64,000 nt of DNA from Octopus sinensis (lineage: Eukaryota), in contig NC_042998.1 of the NCBI RefSeq assembly GCF_006345805.1, positions 127,968,001-128,032,000 on the forward strand, in the 5' to 3' direction. Below the pieces are notes generated by a model that had not been told where the DNA came from, ran no database searches, and was given only the letters and a program-made list of their open reading frames with translations. Each line of letters starts with the position of its first letter. Within the stretch, counting starts at the first letter, position 1. Made by a program: the position numbers and the translations under genes. Shown in pieces: positions 12,907-25,330 of this stretch.

Positions 12907-14230
12907 AGTGATTGGTAAGAAGGGGAGAATAAATTCAGTGAAAATTCATGGTGAGCTTGGTATAGCGGCTGATTTATTAACAGTTCTAATACAATCATTC
13001 CTAGAAGGACATTTAGAAATCGATAAAACGAAAAGACAAAGACTAGAAATGGGAATACCATTGTAGCTCCTGTAATGATTAATAGAAAGTAGTTTAGTTT
13101 TTGCAGAGTTGAAAGTCACCAACTGCCGAGTACGGTCGAGTAAGGATGATTAAATGGGTGTCTGAAACCATTCTCAGTGTTATGTCAATGCACAATGCAT
13201 ATACAACAATTCATTGTCGGAAGTCTCCTTGATATTTTACTTATATTTGCCTTACTGCATTTCAGGCAAAAATTATATCGACGTCACTCAGAGAAAATAA
13301 TCCACTCCTATCATCTAGACAAATCTTACCCAGCACAGCATCTCCTGAAAAAAAGTCGGCATCCAAACATTACCGTGAATGATGACCCCGGTCCATGAAT
13401 CCCCTATCCCCAAGTCTTTTATCAAATAATTCCGACCCTCAATTGTGAATTACTCTGTCTATGTTCTGACAAACAGAACAGCTTCAATACTTCGTTTTCG
13501 TTGCTGATTTTATGACAAATACGTAAACGGTTTTACTGCGCTCTGTTTATAGGGTTGAGAGAAGTTGCCCTTGAGAGAAGTTGTTCCAAAACGAGTACTG
13601 TTACCCATGAATATCAAAAACAACTGTTATTATTGATGACATAAAGAGAACATTTGAAAGGTCATCGCCACATTCTTATGGCTTAAATCATTTTCGAAGT
13701 AGCGTTAGAAACCCTTGAATATTTTCCAGATGAATGTAGCACTAAAGTTATTGTTAAAGACCACCATTTTGTCATTATACTATCTCCTCTGCTGTTCATT
13801 AGGATTGTATTCTTGGCCCGGTATTTTCAACTCTGCAAAACCTAAACTACTTTCTATTAATCACTACAAGAACTACAATGATATTCCCATTTCTAGTCTT
13901 CTTCTCTTGCCATTTTCTAAATATCCATCTTGGAAATATTATATTAGATCGATTGCTAAATCAGCCGCTATACCAAGCTCATCATTAACTTTTCACTGAA
14001 CGTATTTTCCCTTTCTTACTAATGTCTTATTTGCCTTTGTATGAAATATTATTGCCATATTTGGGTTGATGTTCTTCCTTCTGTTCTTCCTCTTTTAAAA
14101 CATGTTGAAAAGCGAGTTTGTTAGATTATTGGTCTTGTTTACGTAGTTTTACTTCAACCCCTCTCTCATTGCCGCAAATTTACATTTTTTTTATCTCTCT
14201 TCTATAGAACTTCCATAGTCGTTGTTCTAC
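12462..14230. mobile_element. Decayed CR1/Jockey-like LINE RT with inverted 3' duplication
   Basis: Plus frame 'YSWPGIFNSAKPKLLSINHY..WKYYIRSIAKSA' and minus frame 'LVTFNSAKTKLLSIN' resemble the post-RT W..W.v.FN..KT region; 12500-13125 is inverted relative to 13820-14230. Confidence 0.6.
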
Positions 14231-14546
14231 GGGTCTTTCTTCTCTTGTACTGCCTCTTAACGTTACTAAGCATTTTTTTTCTAATTCTCATCATTCCTCT
14301 CTCGTCGCCTCCCGTATGGAGTATAAGATGTATTTCTACTTTAATGGTATCTTTCCTTCCAACATACGTCTCACGAAACCTACCTCATTCCTGTTTCTGT
14401 GATAAACATGATCATGTTTATAAATTGTGCGTTGATCGCGTTATGAATTTTAGGGAGGCTTCTGACAGTCTTTGCTTCCTTTTCTTCTGTAACTCCCAAC
14501 ACATTGAGTTGTTATTTGACATTCGTTTCGTTGCTTATAGCTTTAC

Positions 14547-14616
<70 letters not shown>

Positions 14617-15241
14617 CAGCAGTAGCAGCAGTAAGTATAAGGAGGAGAAGGTAGATTAGAAAGGGAGCAGAATGTTAATGATATTGACGACACCTTTAGT
14701 TTTCAGTGCATTAGAGTTTTTACGTACATAAAATCGTTATATAAATACTGAAACAAAATTCCATATTTTGCATTAATGATTGGTTACAACAGTATATCAG
14801 AAAGAAGCACATGTAGAATCTGAAATTCCTAATCGACAAATGTCAGGAGTTTGGTGGATGTCGTTAAAGGTTTCACTTTTTGAACTTACAAGTTATGAGG
14901 AGTAAGAAGAAAATCGTAGCCACTTGCTGTGGCTGTAATACCATAAATCAGAACGTTTTCCTGACATATTCCAAAGTATTCATCGGCCTCTTTTTCTCTC
15001 GTTTTTACTTTTTTGCATTGTTTTCAGCTGTCCCCAAAATTGGGTTTTATATAAGATTATATTAGTTTACGACTACCAGGAAGGTTGACGCGTTGATTGG
15101 ACGGTTTCAAACAGCCTTCGTTTGAAAACTATACCTTCCAAAATATTGAATAATTCAGATACCCACATATATAATAATATATATATATGTGTGTGTAAGG
15201 GTATGTGTGCGTGCGCGCGCGTGTGTGTATGTGATATATAC

Positions 15242-15317
<76 letters not shown>

Positions 15318-15354
15318 ATATATATACATACTATAATGTATACATATATATAAT

Positions 15355-16090
15355 GTAAATAAAATATATACATACAATATTAGATATGTACATATATATA
15401 CATAAGGGTACTACATGAGTACATATATCGCTAAAATAATAGAAGTTAAAAACTACTTCTGTACCACGGAATAGTCACAAATCTATTACAGACATGGTAG
15501 GAAAAAATATCAGTGACCAATAATAATGTCTTACCTCTACTGGATCAGAACAAGTAAATGCTGACCAACTTGGTATCGGTTTCGAAATTTCGCACCAAAT
15601 AGGTGCCCGATTTCTCATCAGCCAAAGTCCGCCAGCTAAATTACTACTAACATTCTCCCCCACCATATCTGCAAACGTTCGTTTGAAGTGACCGAGCATT
15701 ATAGGAAGAAACGAAATTTGTAGAATTTATAAATGAATATAGGGATGATATTAAAATACCATCACGAGTAGTAAGCGAATTATCAGCCGTACAGGCAAAT
15801 TAATAAAATATATACATAAAATATTATGTATGTACATATATATACACAGGAGTACTACATGAGTACCTATATCGCTAAAAAAATATGTCTGTAATAGATT
15901 TGTGACTATTCTGTGGTACAGAAGTATTTTTTGACTTCTATTTTTTAGGGATATAGGTACTCATATAGTACCCTTGTGTATATATATGTACATATCTAAT
16001 ATTGTATGTATATATTTTATTAATTTGCCTGTACGACTGATAATTCGCTTACCACTCGTGACGGTATTTTAATATCATCCTTATATTTAT
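15355..16090. mobile_element. pLTR-like element with partial tandem and inverted copies; HHR family 6
   Basis: 15360-15490 is inverted relative to 15885-16020; 15740-15810 is inverted relative to 16015-16090. Confidence 0.75.
15560..15636 (-). ncRNA. Type I hammerhead ribozyme (family 6), one stem III mismatch
   Basis: actttgg-CTGATGA-gaaat..gcacc tattt ggtgc..atttc-GAAAC-cg-ATA-ccaagt. Confidence 0.7.
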
Positions 16091-16148
16091 TTATTTATAT
16101 ATATATACATGATGTATTTATATATATTATGCATATATACATATACAG

Positions 16149-16255
<107 letters not shown>

Positions 16256-16324
16256 GTTTGCATGCGTGTGCGTGTGTTCGTGCGAGTGTATGTGTGTTTG
16301 TGTGTTTTAGCTTTCAAATGAAAC

Positions 16325-16510
16325 CAGCTCGTTGGCAAGGCGAGCATGCCAACATACCCCATGATCGAAAGTCTATTCCGCCGCAGGGTTAGTCATTTAC
16401 AAGAGCAACGTGAAATAAGGTGTTTTGCTCAAGAACACAACAGGTCGCTCGTCCGAGAATTGAACACATGAGTTATCGATCGCGCAACACTCTAACCACT
16501 AGGCCATGCG
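16325..16510 (-). mobile_element. tRNA-derived SINE fragment (third family)
   Basis: Minus head 'gcatggcctagtggttagagtgttg..gttcaattctcgg..cttgagcaaaacac'. Confidence 0.65.
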
Positions 16511-16874
16511 CATTCTCTAGTCACTTGCATTAAATATATTATATAACCCGAATTTCATTATATCATCTCTGATTAGAGGCACTTTTAACAAAAATATTTT
16601 TAGGATGCAGACATGACTGTAATGAGGTTAACAGTTCATTGCACAATACTGATAGAGCTATAAATGAAGAAGACACCTGAGCGATTCTGCAACATAGTGA
16701 TCAGGTGACGTTTGTCGTGGTCTCAGGTCGACCAAAATTTCGTAAATGAAATTAGGTAAACCGAAATAGTGAGAGGCCTATCAGATGCATGTATGCATAT
16801 TTATGTAATATATATGCGTGTCTGTGAGTATATATGTGTACGTATGTCTAAAATGTAAGTCTATTATCGTCACA

Positions 16875-17070
16875 TTGCCTGAAATTTGTGGGGAGGTTGC
16901 TAGTCGATTACATGAACCCCAATGCTTTACTGGTGCTTAATTTATCGACTCCAAAAGAATGAAATGCAAAGTCGACCTCGGTGAAATTTAAGCTCAGAAT
17001 ATAAAGAGGGACGAAATGCCACTAAGCATTTTATCCGACTTGCTAACGGTTCTGCCAGGCCGCCGCCTTT
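16875..17070 (-). mobile_element. SINE family S1
   Basis: Reverse complement of the S1 consensus. Confidence 0.8.
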
Positions 17071-17584
17071 GTCTAATGTGTAACAACAATAATAAAAAAT
17101 GATTGCACAAAGTGATGACAAACAAAAGCTTCAGAAACGAATGTACGCTAACCCTCATCAGATAACAAAATATCATCACAGTTTCGACACAATCTGACAA
17201 TACTGTTAAATTTTGCGCGTCAGCAACGTAAGGTGCTGGAGTATAGATGATGAACCCTGATAGACGTACAAGGACAGGAAAGTTGAAACAAGGACAGTAA
17301 AAGAGACTATGATGTATGTATAAATAAGGACAGGTTGTGAGGAGAGCGGTTTATAATAGAAAACGGAACTAACGCCGGAACGTATACATGGAATGTGTTA
17401 CGATTTGGAGCCAAGATTAAGCTACGTTGTGTAAAATAATGTTCATAGGTAAGATAGTACACGCTTCGACCTTGAGATCAAAAATAAAATGAGAAACAAG
17501 CTCTGAGCATGTTTGCACGTTTGAATGTATATACATATGTATGTATTTATATACATGTGTGGTTGTGTGCGTATGTTGTTGGTT

Positions 17585-17615
<31 letters not shown>

Positions 17616-18666
17616 GTGTGTGTGAGTGTGTATATGACTATTTGAATATTTGTGTTTGTATGTAACAACATTTCTGGCAGTAACTATATGTGGTATGTTA
17701 GTGGGTCTGTGTGAGTCAGTGTGTGTGTATGTCTGTATGTCGATGCGTGTGTTTGGTTTAATGAGTTTTGGTTTATTCAATTAGCACCCAGTCGACTTAA
17801 GCTTTTGTTTTTTTTCCGAGATCGATAATGACGGAAAACAGTAGAAGATGAAGCACACATAAACAGAGACATAAACACACAGACACACAAACATACAAGT
17901 AAATACATGCATGCAATATATATATATATATAATTTTAATCCAAAAGGGAAACAAAAAAACAACAACAACAGGAACAATTACAGTATTATTATTAATAGG
18001 CGCTCAGGAGATGGAAGCAGGGAGGTATGACGTTCGAGCGGAGCTTCGTCGGAAACATAAAGAAGGAAGAGAGAGGAAAGAAAGATCCCAGAGCGGGGCA
18101 ACAGGGAAAGAGAAAAAAGACGACTGGTGTTTACGAGTTGCACATGGTGAAAGGCGGATGTTGACGATAACAAGAGCAAAGTGGGTTTTTAAAGGCAAAG
18201 AGTGGAGACAAGGTTGGTAACCCAACAGATGTGTGTGTATGTGTGAGTGTGTGCATGTGCGTTGTGTGTATGGTGTGTGTGAGGCGAGAGATGAAAAAAC
18301 AAAAAAAATATGGTGTGTGTTAGTGTTGTGCGTCTGTGTGTAGGCGTGTGAGGTAGGGCGAGACTGGTGGTCAGCTAGCAGACGAGGTCAGTAGTAAGAA
18401 AAAGAAGGAAGGAGGAAGGGAGGGAGGGGAAGGGGTGGGGGCGTATGTAGCGTGCCAGCGTGTGTTGAGTAGTAGTGTGTGTGTGTGTCCAGTGTCGTGG
18501 TGGTATTAATGGCGAGTAGATTGAATGTGTGTAAGAGTGATGTATATATATAGGCAAGGTGTGTATATGTGTGCGCGCGTGTGTAACGAAAAAGGGGGGG
18601 GGTAAGGAAAAAGGACTCCAGCTGAGGGGAAGATGGAAGAGTGGTACCGCGGAGACAGGGTGGGAA

Positions 18667-18704
<38 letters not shown>

Positions 18705-18985
18705 TATATACTTTCAACAATTGAGGGTAAAATTAATTAATTATTAATCAATTTCACCAAGTGTTCAGTATGCAAAGGGACCATTTAAGGCGAATTCAAA
18801 TTATTACATTATATAAAAGGGCTTAGTAAATAAAATTACTTTGCCACATACTGAACTCATTAGAAATAGTAGCTAAAAAACTTTTTTAAAACTATTCTAA
18901 TACTTAAAGAAAATCTCTCTCATATAGTGTTTGCTCAATTCAACTCACGAAAGTATGGGGGTAAGACATTAAAAAATCAAATGCA

Positions 18986-19054
18986 AAGGTATTTGAGAAC
19001 GTACGTTTCTAGATTAGTCAACTCGACATTTCTATCATCAGCTCAGAACTCCTT
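18986..19054 (-). ncRNA. Type I hammerhead ribozyme, array copy A
   Basis: aagg-agt-tctgag-CTGATGA-tag..cta-GAAAC-gtac-GTT-ctcaaa-ta-cctt. Confidence 0.75.
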
Positions 19055-19540
19055 GGTTTGGATTTGAAAACACTGAAAGTGGGAGCATACCCTTTCGGCT
19101 TCTTATCGCTTCTGAAGATCTGCTCGAAACTAACAGTGCCAGCAAACTCAAAATATGCAAGCGAAGAATTTCTGCTCTCCCCTTTCCACCAGCGTGGGTT
19201 AAAATCAGTAAACACTATGCTTTTTCGGTAAAATCCGAAGCATTAAATAGAGAGAGATGAATTATAATTTCAACATTGAGGGTAAAATTAATTAATTATT
19301 AATCAATTTCACCAAGTGTTCAGTATGCAGGGACCATTTAAGGCGAATTCAAATTATTACATTATATAAAAGGGCTTAGTAAAATAAATTACTTTGCCAC
19401 ATACTGAACTCATTAGAAATAGTAGCTAAAAAACTTTTTTAAAACTATTTCTAATACTTAAAGAAAATCTCTCTCATATAGTGTTTGCTCAATTCAACTC
19501 ACGAAAGTATGGGGGTAAAGACATTAAAAAATCAAATGCA

Positions 19541-19610
19541 AAGGTTATTTGAGAACGTACGTTTCTAGATTAGTCAACTCGACATTTCTGTCATCAGCTC
19601 AGAACTCCTT
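19541..19610 (-). ncRNA. Type I hammerhead ribozyme, array copy B
   Basis: As copy A, with CTGATGA-cag. Confidence 0.7.
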
Positions 19611-19987
19611 GGTTTGGATTTGAAAACACTGAAAGTATGTGGCAAAGTAATTTATTTTACTAAGCCCTTTTATATAATGTAATAATTTGAATTCGCCTTA
19701 AATCGTCCCTTTGCATACTGAACACTTGGTGAAATTGATTAATAATTAATTAATTTTACCCTCAATTGTTGAAATTATAATTCATCTCTCTCTATTTAAT
19801 GCTTCGGATTTTACCGAAAAAGCATAGTGTTTACTGATTTTAACCCACGCTGGTGGAAAGGGGAGAGCAGAAATTCTTCGCTTGCATATTTTGAGTTTGC
19901 TGGCACTGTTAGTTTCGAGCAGATCTTCAGAAGCGATAAGAAGCCGAAAGGGTATGCTCCCACTTTCAGTGTTTTCAAATCCAAACC

Positions 19988-20057
19988 AAGGAGTTCTGAG
20001 CTGATGACAGAAATGTCGAGTTGACTAATCTAGAAACGTACGTTCTCAAATAACCTT
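19988..20057 (+). ncRNA. Type I hammerhead ribozyme, array copy C
   Basis: CTGATGA 20001-20007, GAAAC 20033-20037, GTT 20042-20044. Confidence 0.7.
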
Positions 20058-20547
20058 TGCATTTGATTTTTTAATGTCTTTACCCCCATACTTTCGTGAG
20101 TTGAATTGAGCAAACACTATATGAGAGAGATTTTCTTTAAGTATTAGAATAGTTTTTTAAAAAGTTTTTTAGCTACTATTCTAATGAGTTCAGTATGTGG
20201 CAAAGTAATTTATTTACTAAGCCCTTTTATATAATGTAATAATTTGAATTCGCCTTAAATGGTCCCTTTGCATACTGAACACTTGGTGAAATTGATTAAT
20301 ACTTAATTAATTTTACCCTCAATTGTTGAAATTATAATTCATCTCTCTCTATTTAATGCTTCGGATTTTACCGAAAAAGCATAGTGTTTACTGATTTTAA
20401 AAACCCACGCTGGTGGAAAGGGGAGAGCAGAAATTCTTCGCTTGCATATTTTGAGTTTGCTGGCACTGTTAGTTTCGAGCAGATCTTCAGAAGCGATAAG
20501 AAGCCGAAAGGGTATGCTCCCACTTTCAGTGTTTTCAAATCCAAACC

Positions 20548-20617
20548 AAGGAGTTTTGAGCTGATGATAGAAATGTCGAGTTGACTAATCTAGAAACGTA
20601 CGTTCTCAAATAACCTT
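20548..20617 (+). ncRNA. Type I hammerhead ribozyme, array copy D (best paired)
   Basis: aagg/cctt and tttgag/ctcaaa stem I; CTGATGA 20561-20567, GAAAC 20593-20597, GTT 20602-20604. Confidence 0.8.
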
Positions 20618-20795
20618 TGCATTTGATTTTTTAATGTCTTTACCCCCATACTTTCGTGAGTTGAATTGAGCAAACACTATATGAGAGAGATTTTCTTTAA
20701 GTATTAGAAATAGTTTAAAAAAAGTTTTTTAGCTACTATTTCTAATGAGTTCAGTATGTGGCAAAGTAATTTATTTTACTAAGCCCTTTTATATA

Positions 20796-20867
<72 letters not shown>

Positions 20868-21675
20868 TGTATATGAATATATATATAATATTTTCCTACG
20901 GCGGTTTTTGTTTATTCTACCTTAAGCTTTTTTGGCTTTTCTCTGAGTAAGGGAGAATATAAGGATTCAACGTCACTTATACTCAAGTGTTATCATTATA
21001 CCTAAAACCCTACTACAGTTATAACGTCATAGAGACATATACGCATGAAACGCTATATTAATGACATATATATTGATTATTTTAATCGTGTCCTTTAAAA
21101 CGCTATAAGAAAACATAATCAAGGATTACAGAAACGCATACTTATTTATGCTCAGTTGAAAAACAAACGTGAAGAGAAACATTTCCTTTTTAATTATTTT
21201 TTATTATATAGATATAACATTTTATATTATTTACAATAAGAAAGATTACTTTGTCGTGAAGAAGAAAGACCATAAATTCATTAACTAATTTCTTCTTTCT
21301 ATCTAATGCATTAACCAACAAAACAGAATAGATTTGTGATTAACTTAGACATGGCATAAAAATTACCGATGTCTCCAAAAGAGTGAGTGTCGTGGAGTTA
21401 AGTGACAACCAACGAACACTGATATATTTTCCAAAATCCAGGGTTTTTATAACTACTCAACTTGACTTAAAAAGAATCGAAATCCATGACAAATATTCTT
21501 TTCGAAACTTCTAGAATCTGTATATGAGCAGTTATATTAACCAATGGAAAAAAACGAAAATAATAATTCTTCGGCAATACGACATTACGTCATATTGCCA
21601 ATTCGCGCCACATTTCAAAATGGCTAAAATGGTTATTGCTACAATATCATATATATCTCTACCATACAAATGCAC

Positions 21676-21905
21676 CAACATCGGTTGTCAAGCGAAGATG
21701 GTGGTCGACACAAACACACACACACACACATGTAAGGCGTGGGTGTGTGGTAAGAAGCTTGCTTTCCAACCACGTGGTTCCGAGTTCAGTCCCATTGCGT
21801 GTCATCCTGAGCAAGTGTCTTCTAATAGAGCCCCGGACCGACCAAACCCTTCTGAATGGATTTGGTAGACGGAAACTGAAAGAAACCAGTCGTTTGTATA
21901 TATAT

Positions 21906-21936
<31 letters not shown>

Positions 21937-22380
21937 GGGAAAAAGTCAAGATAGAAAATGCTAAAATTATTTTATAAAAATCATTTCAGGGCATCAGCGT
22001 GTGACAATCAAAAGTTGTCGATGAAAAGTAGGCCTCCGTTTGCAAGTATGTATCCTTTTTCCAGTGACGAAAAGTCACTGATATCGAAAAAGTGTAAACA
22101 AGCAATAATAAATCTCTGAGCGTGGTATAAACATATATATATATATATATGTATGTACATGTATATATACTTATGTGTTTGTTACTTTGTGTCAGTGTTT
22201 GTCCCCCCACCATCGCTTGGCAACCGATGTTGGTGTGTTTATGTCTCCGAAACTTAGCCGTTCGGCAAAGGCGACTTATAGAATAAGTACTAGTCTTTGA
22301 AAGAATGGGCTTTGGAGTCGATTTCTTTGACTAAATAGGTGCGCAGTCAAATAGCTGAAGCGTGCAAAAGAGTTAAAGAG
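21676..22380 (+). mobile_element. SINE family S2 fragments
   Basis: Head and body 21735-21900, tail 22185-22380, partial body near 21676. Confidence 0.75.
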
Positions 22381-22487
<107 letters not shown>

Positions 22488-22494
22488 ATACATA

Positions 22495-22558
<64 letters not shown>

Positions 22559-22589
22559 ATATATATATATATATATACATAATATAAAT

Positions 22590-22935
22590 AATATATAAAT
22601 ATATGCATATATGTATATATACATGCATATATGGGTAGAGGACATAAAAAAACGTTGAACACAATGAGAAACAAAAACATAAAAACAAAAACATAGAAAC
22701 GAACTTTTTTTCAAACAATGAAAAAACAGAGAAACAAGACATACAACACAAGGAATATTCCCTTCTTCAGTTGTTCTTGTTTCATCTACTCCGCGTTTTG
22801 AAGGTAAGGACAAGACGCAACTTCGTTGAAACAGTCCATCCCGCAAACCAAATTAAATAAAATTTGGGATTTTTTGCGGAGGGTGAAAGTCGTAACAAAA
22901 ACAGGACAGTGAGAACAAAACAGTAAAAACAAACG
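22590..22935 (-). mobile_element. Family B1 repeat, copy 2, with permuted HHR relic at 22760-22834
   Basis: Reverse complement of 1-330. Confidence 0.65.
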
Positions 22936-24374
22936 ATGAGGGCTATGAAGCCAAGACGATGGAAAAATTATTCTGAACGCTTAAGGAGACAGCTTATGAA
23001 GAGACAGGATAAGCTGGTCTTTGTGAAGATAGCAGTTGGAAAGATGGCTTCTCTCTGATCACGTGCCAGCGACGAGAGAGTCGAGGAGAAGGAGTGAGAG
23101 AGAGGGAACGGTGAAGGGGAGAGGAGAAGAATAGGGAAGGGTGGGAGAGAAAACCAGAAAGGATGAACAAGAGAGGGAGAAGTATAGACAGAGAAGAAAT
23201 AGTATATATACATATATTACATTATATGTGTGTACATATATGTGTGACTATATGTGTTGTGTGTGTGTGAGTGTATGTCTGTAAGTATATACACATATTA
23301 CATTATATGTGCGTACATATCTGTGGGTGGGTGCGCGCGCGCACGCCTTTCCGCAACTGAGTGGGTGAATGCTTAAATAAATTTGTAGAAACTTTCTCAA
23401 ACATAACAGTTATAGAAGAATCTCAAGATTTATTAGTTTGAAAGCTCGACCTTTCAGCCACTCATAAACAAAATGTGCCTATGTTTCATTTAACATCTGT
23501 CATTTCATTTCACCCGCACCAGTCAAACCAGCAATTGGCTTCTACGTGTTAGCTCAGCCTGCTGGATATCATAGTGAAATCTCACTCAAATTAGACCCCA
23601 ACACCGTCATAGAACAGACCAAATTGGATATCTTCATTGGTTTACTGTACATGGAAAAGACTGAATGGTCACGACTGGAATGATTTAATCATAAATTTGT
23701 TCGATCAGTGCTGAGGTGTAGGTACATAATAACAAGTTCTGTCGATGTTAATCCTGAGAAATGCCTTAACGTTGCATATGAAATTCCTCTAAATTCGGTT
23801 ACATAGTGTCTACCAAAGCTTAAGATAAAAGAAAAAGACAATACAGTTTAGTTTGACAGAAAAAAACTATTGTACGGAAAAATATTATTTTCCTTTCTTG
23901 AATGAGACAGGCTACTTAAAGAAAGAATCGTTTGGTATAATGAGACACAAAGAAAGAAATACGGTCAGGAAATGGTAGCTATTTCCTGACTGTCCACAAT
24001 GACCAATAAATAATGTTTTTTGCCGATGGAATCATTGAAATTAGACATTCATAGCAAAACGTGACCAGTGTAAACATAATATCATTGTATGGTAATAAGT
24101 TCTCCCAAAACTTCACTCACCATTTCCTATTTGTAGTCGTTAATTACTTACTTTTGTTTTATCTGCTCACAGTTGTTCTATTTCGTTTTGTTTTGTTTTG
24201 TTTTTTGTTGCTGTTGGTTTTTGGTTTGTTTTTGTTTTTTTTTTTTTTTTTTTTTTTTGCCTTTTTGGTAGGGCTAGGAATTTTTTCCTAATTTACTTTC
24301 AATTTCTACAGTTTCAGTTTTGAATTAGTATTAGCAAATGTTATCCCTCCTTTTGTTATTTTGAGTATGTGCGC

Positions 24375-24427
<53 letters not shown>

Positions 24428-24589
24428 AGTGTGTGTGTGTGTGTGTGTGTTTCGGCCATTCTCCTCTTCCCCCACCAACAAAGATATGAATTTCAGCTTT
24501 GTTTTGGAGGTTAATAAATCCGTATCTCAGTTTGTCAAAGAGATTAGCTAGGTGGAAATGTGACTTACAAACGGAGACTAAACCGGTCA

Positions 24590-25330
24590 CCTATAATGCT
24601 CTGTAGGTGAAACAGCCCTCGAATATGTCTGTGCATCAACAACTACGGCATGCTGAACCAACTTTGCAGAAGGTATATACAGCAGATGAATCACACCACT
24701 AATGAAATGCGTCCATCTTCTCGGCTCATTCCTGGTAAGGCAAGCCACCTTGCTCATAACGTCATCCCAGATTTGATCCTCTCGAGGTAGGAAACAAATC
24801 AGATCACGAGCAATTTGACCAATCCATTTGTTCTGTGATACATGACACTGTCCAACAGAATGGGCCTGCCTCATTAGAGGCCGACCTTTAAGCCCACCCA
24901 CTTATGAGGATTTGCCTTTATTTCTACCATCATGTCAAATTCTTTTAGAATGGTGCCATTCACCTCAGTGGTATGCGACGTCATTACGGTGACATCATAT
25001 ACATACACTGCTATGGCCCTTCGACGTACTAACTCGAAAGTGATATCCTCCTCAATACTTTTAGCTCCTGCATCAACGGCTGGAGGTCCAGCATGTTAAA
25101 GAATAGGTGAGAGAAGACACTCTCGACGAACCGAGCGTGCTATATAAAATGATTCCGTGTCGACATTTCCTCAGCCTACTTATCAATGAGCTGTACATTT
25201 CTACGAAATAACCACTGAATATGGATCAGAAACTGGGCGCTTTCAGGGCGGCAGTCAAATGGAGAAAGTTCGTTCTATCGAAAGCTTCTGAATTATTCAG
25301 ATTAAACAGGGCCTCCACCGAAGTCAGGAT
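24590..25330 (-). pseudogene. L1/Tx1-like reverse transcriptase remnant
   Basis: Minus-strand 'SEAFDRT', 'RSVRRECLLSPILFN' and 'YVYDVTV..ILKEF..KANPHKWVGL' resemble the KAFDRV, SVRQGCPLSP and YADD regions. Confidence 0.7.

Larger units (their letters stand above)
18712..20796. repeat. ~556-560 bp HHR-bearing tandem repeat array (retrozyme-like) with internal inversion at ~19635
   Basis: Near-identical units; left ~1.7 units minus-sense, right ~2.1 units plus-sense; (TA)n on both flanks. Confidence 0.92.

Noticed and set aside
17150-17195. Type II-like CGAAAC...CTGATGA on minus
   Set aside because: No valid stems or NUH triplet
19100-19140. Opposite-polarity HHR in the array monomer (CTGAAGA-tctgctc-GAAAC-taaca-GTG)
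   Set aside because: No stem II pairing, N17 is G, and stem I is not adjacent, so an ambisense viroid-like reading is unsupported
18712-20796. CRISPR-like or prokaryotic repeat system
   Set aside because: Units are ~560-bp near-identical copies without spacers, in a eukaryotic context
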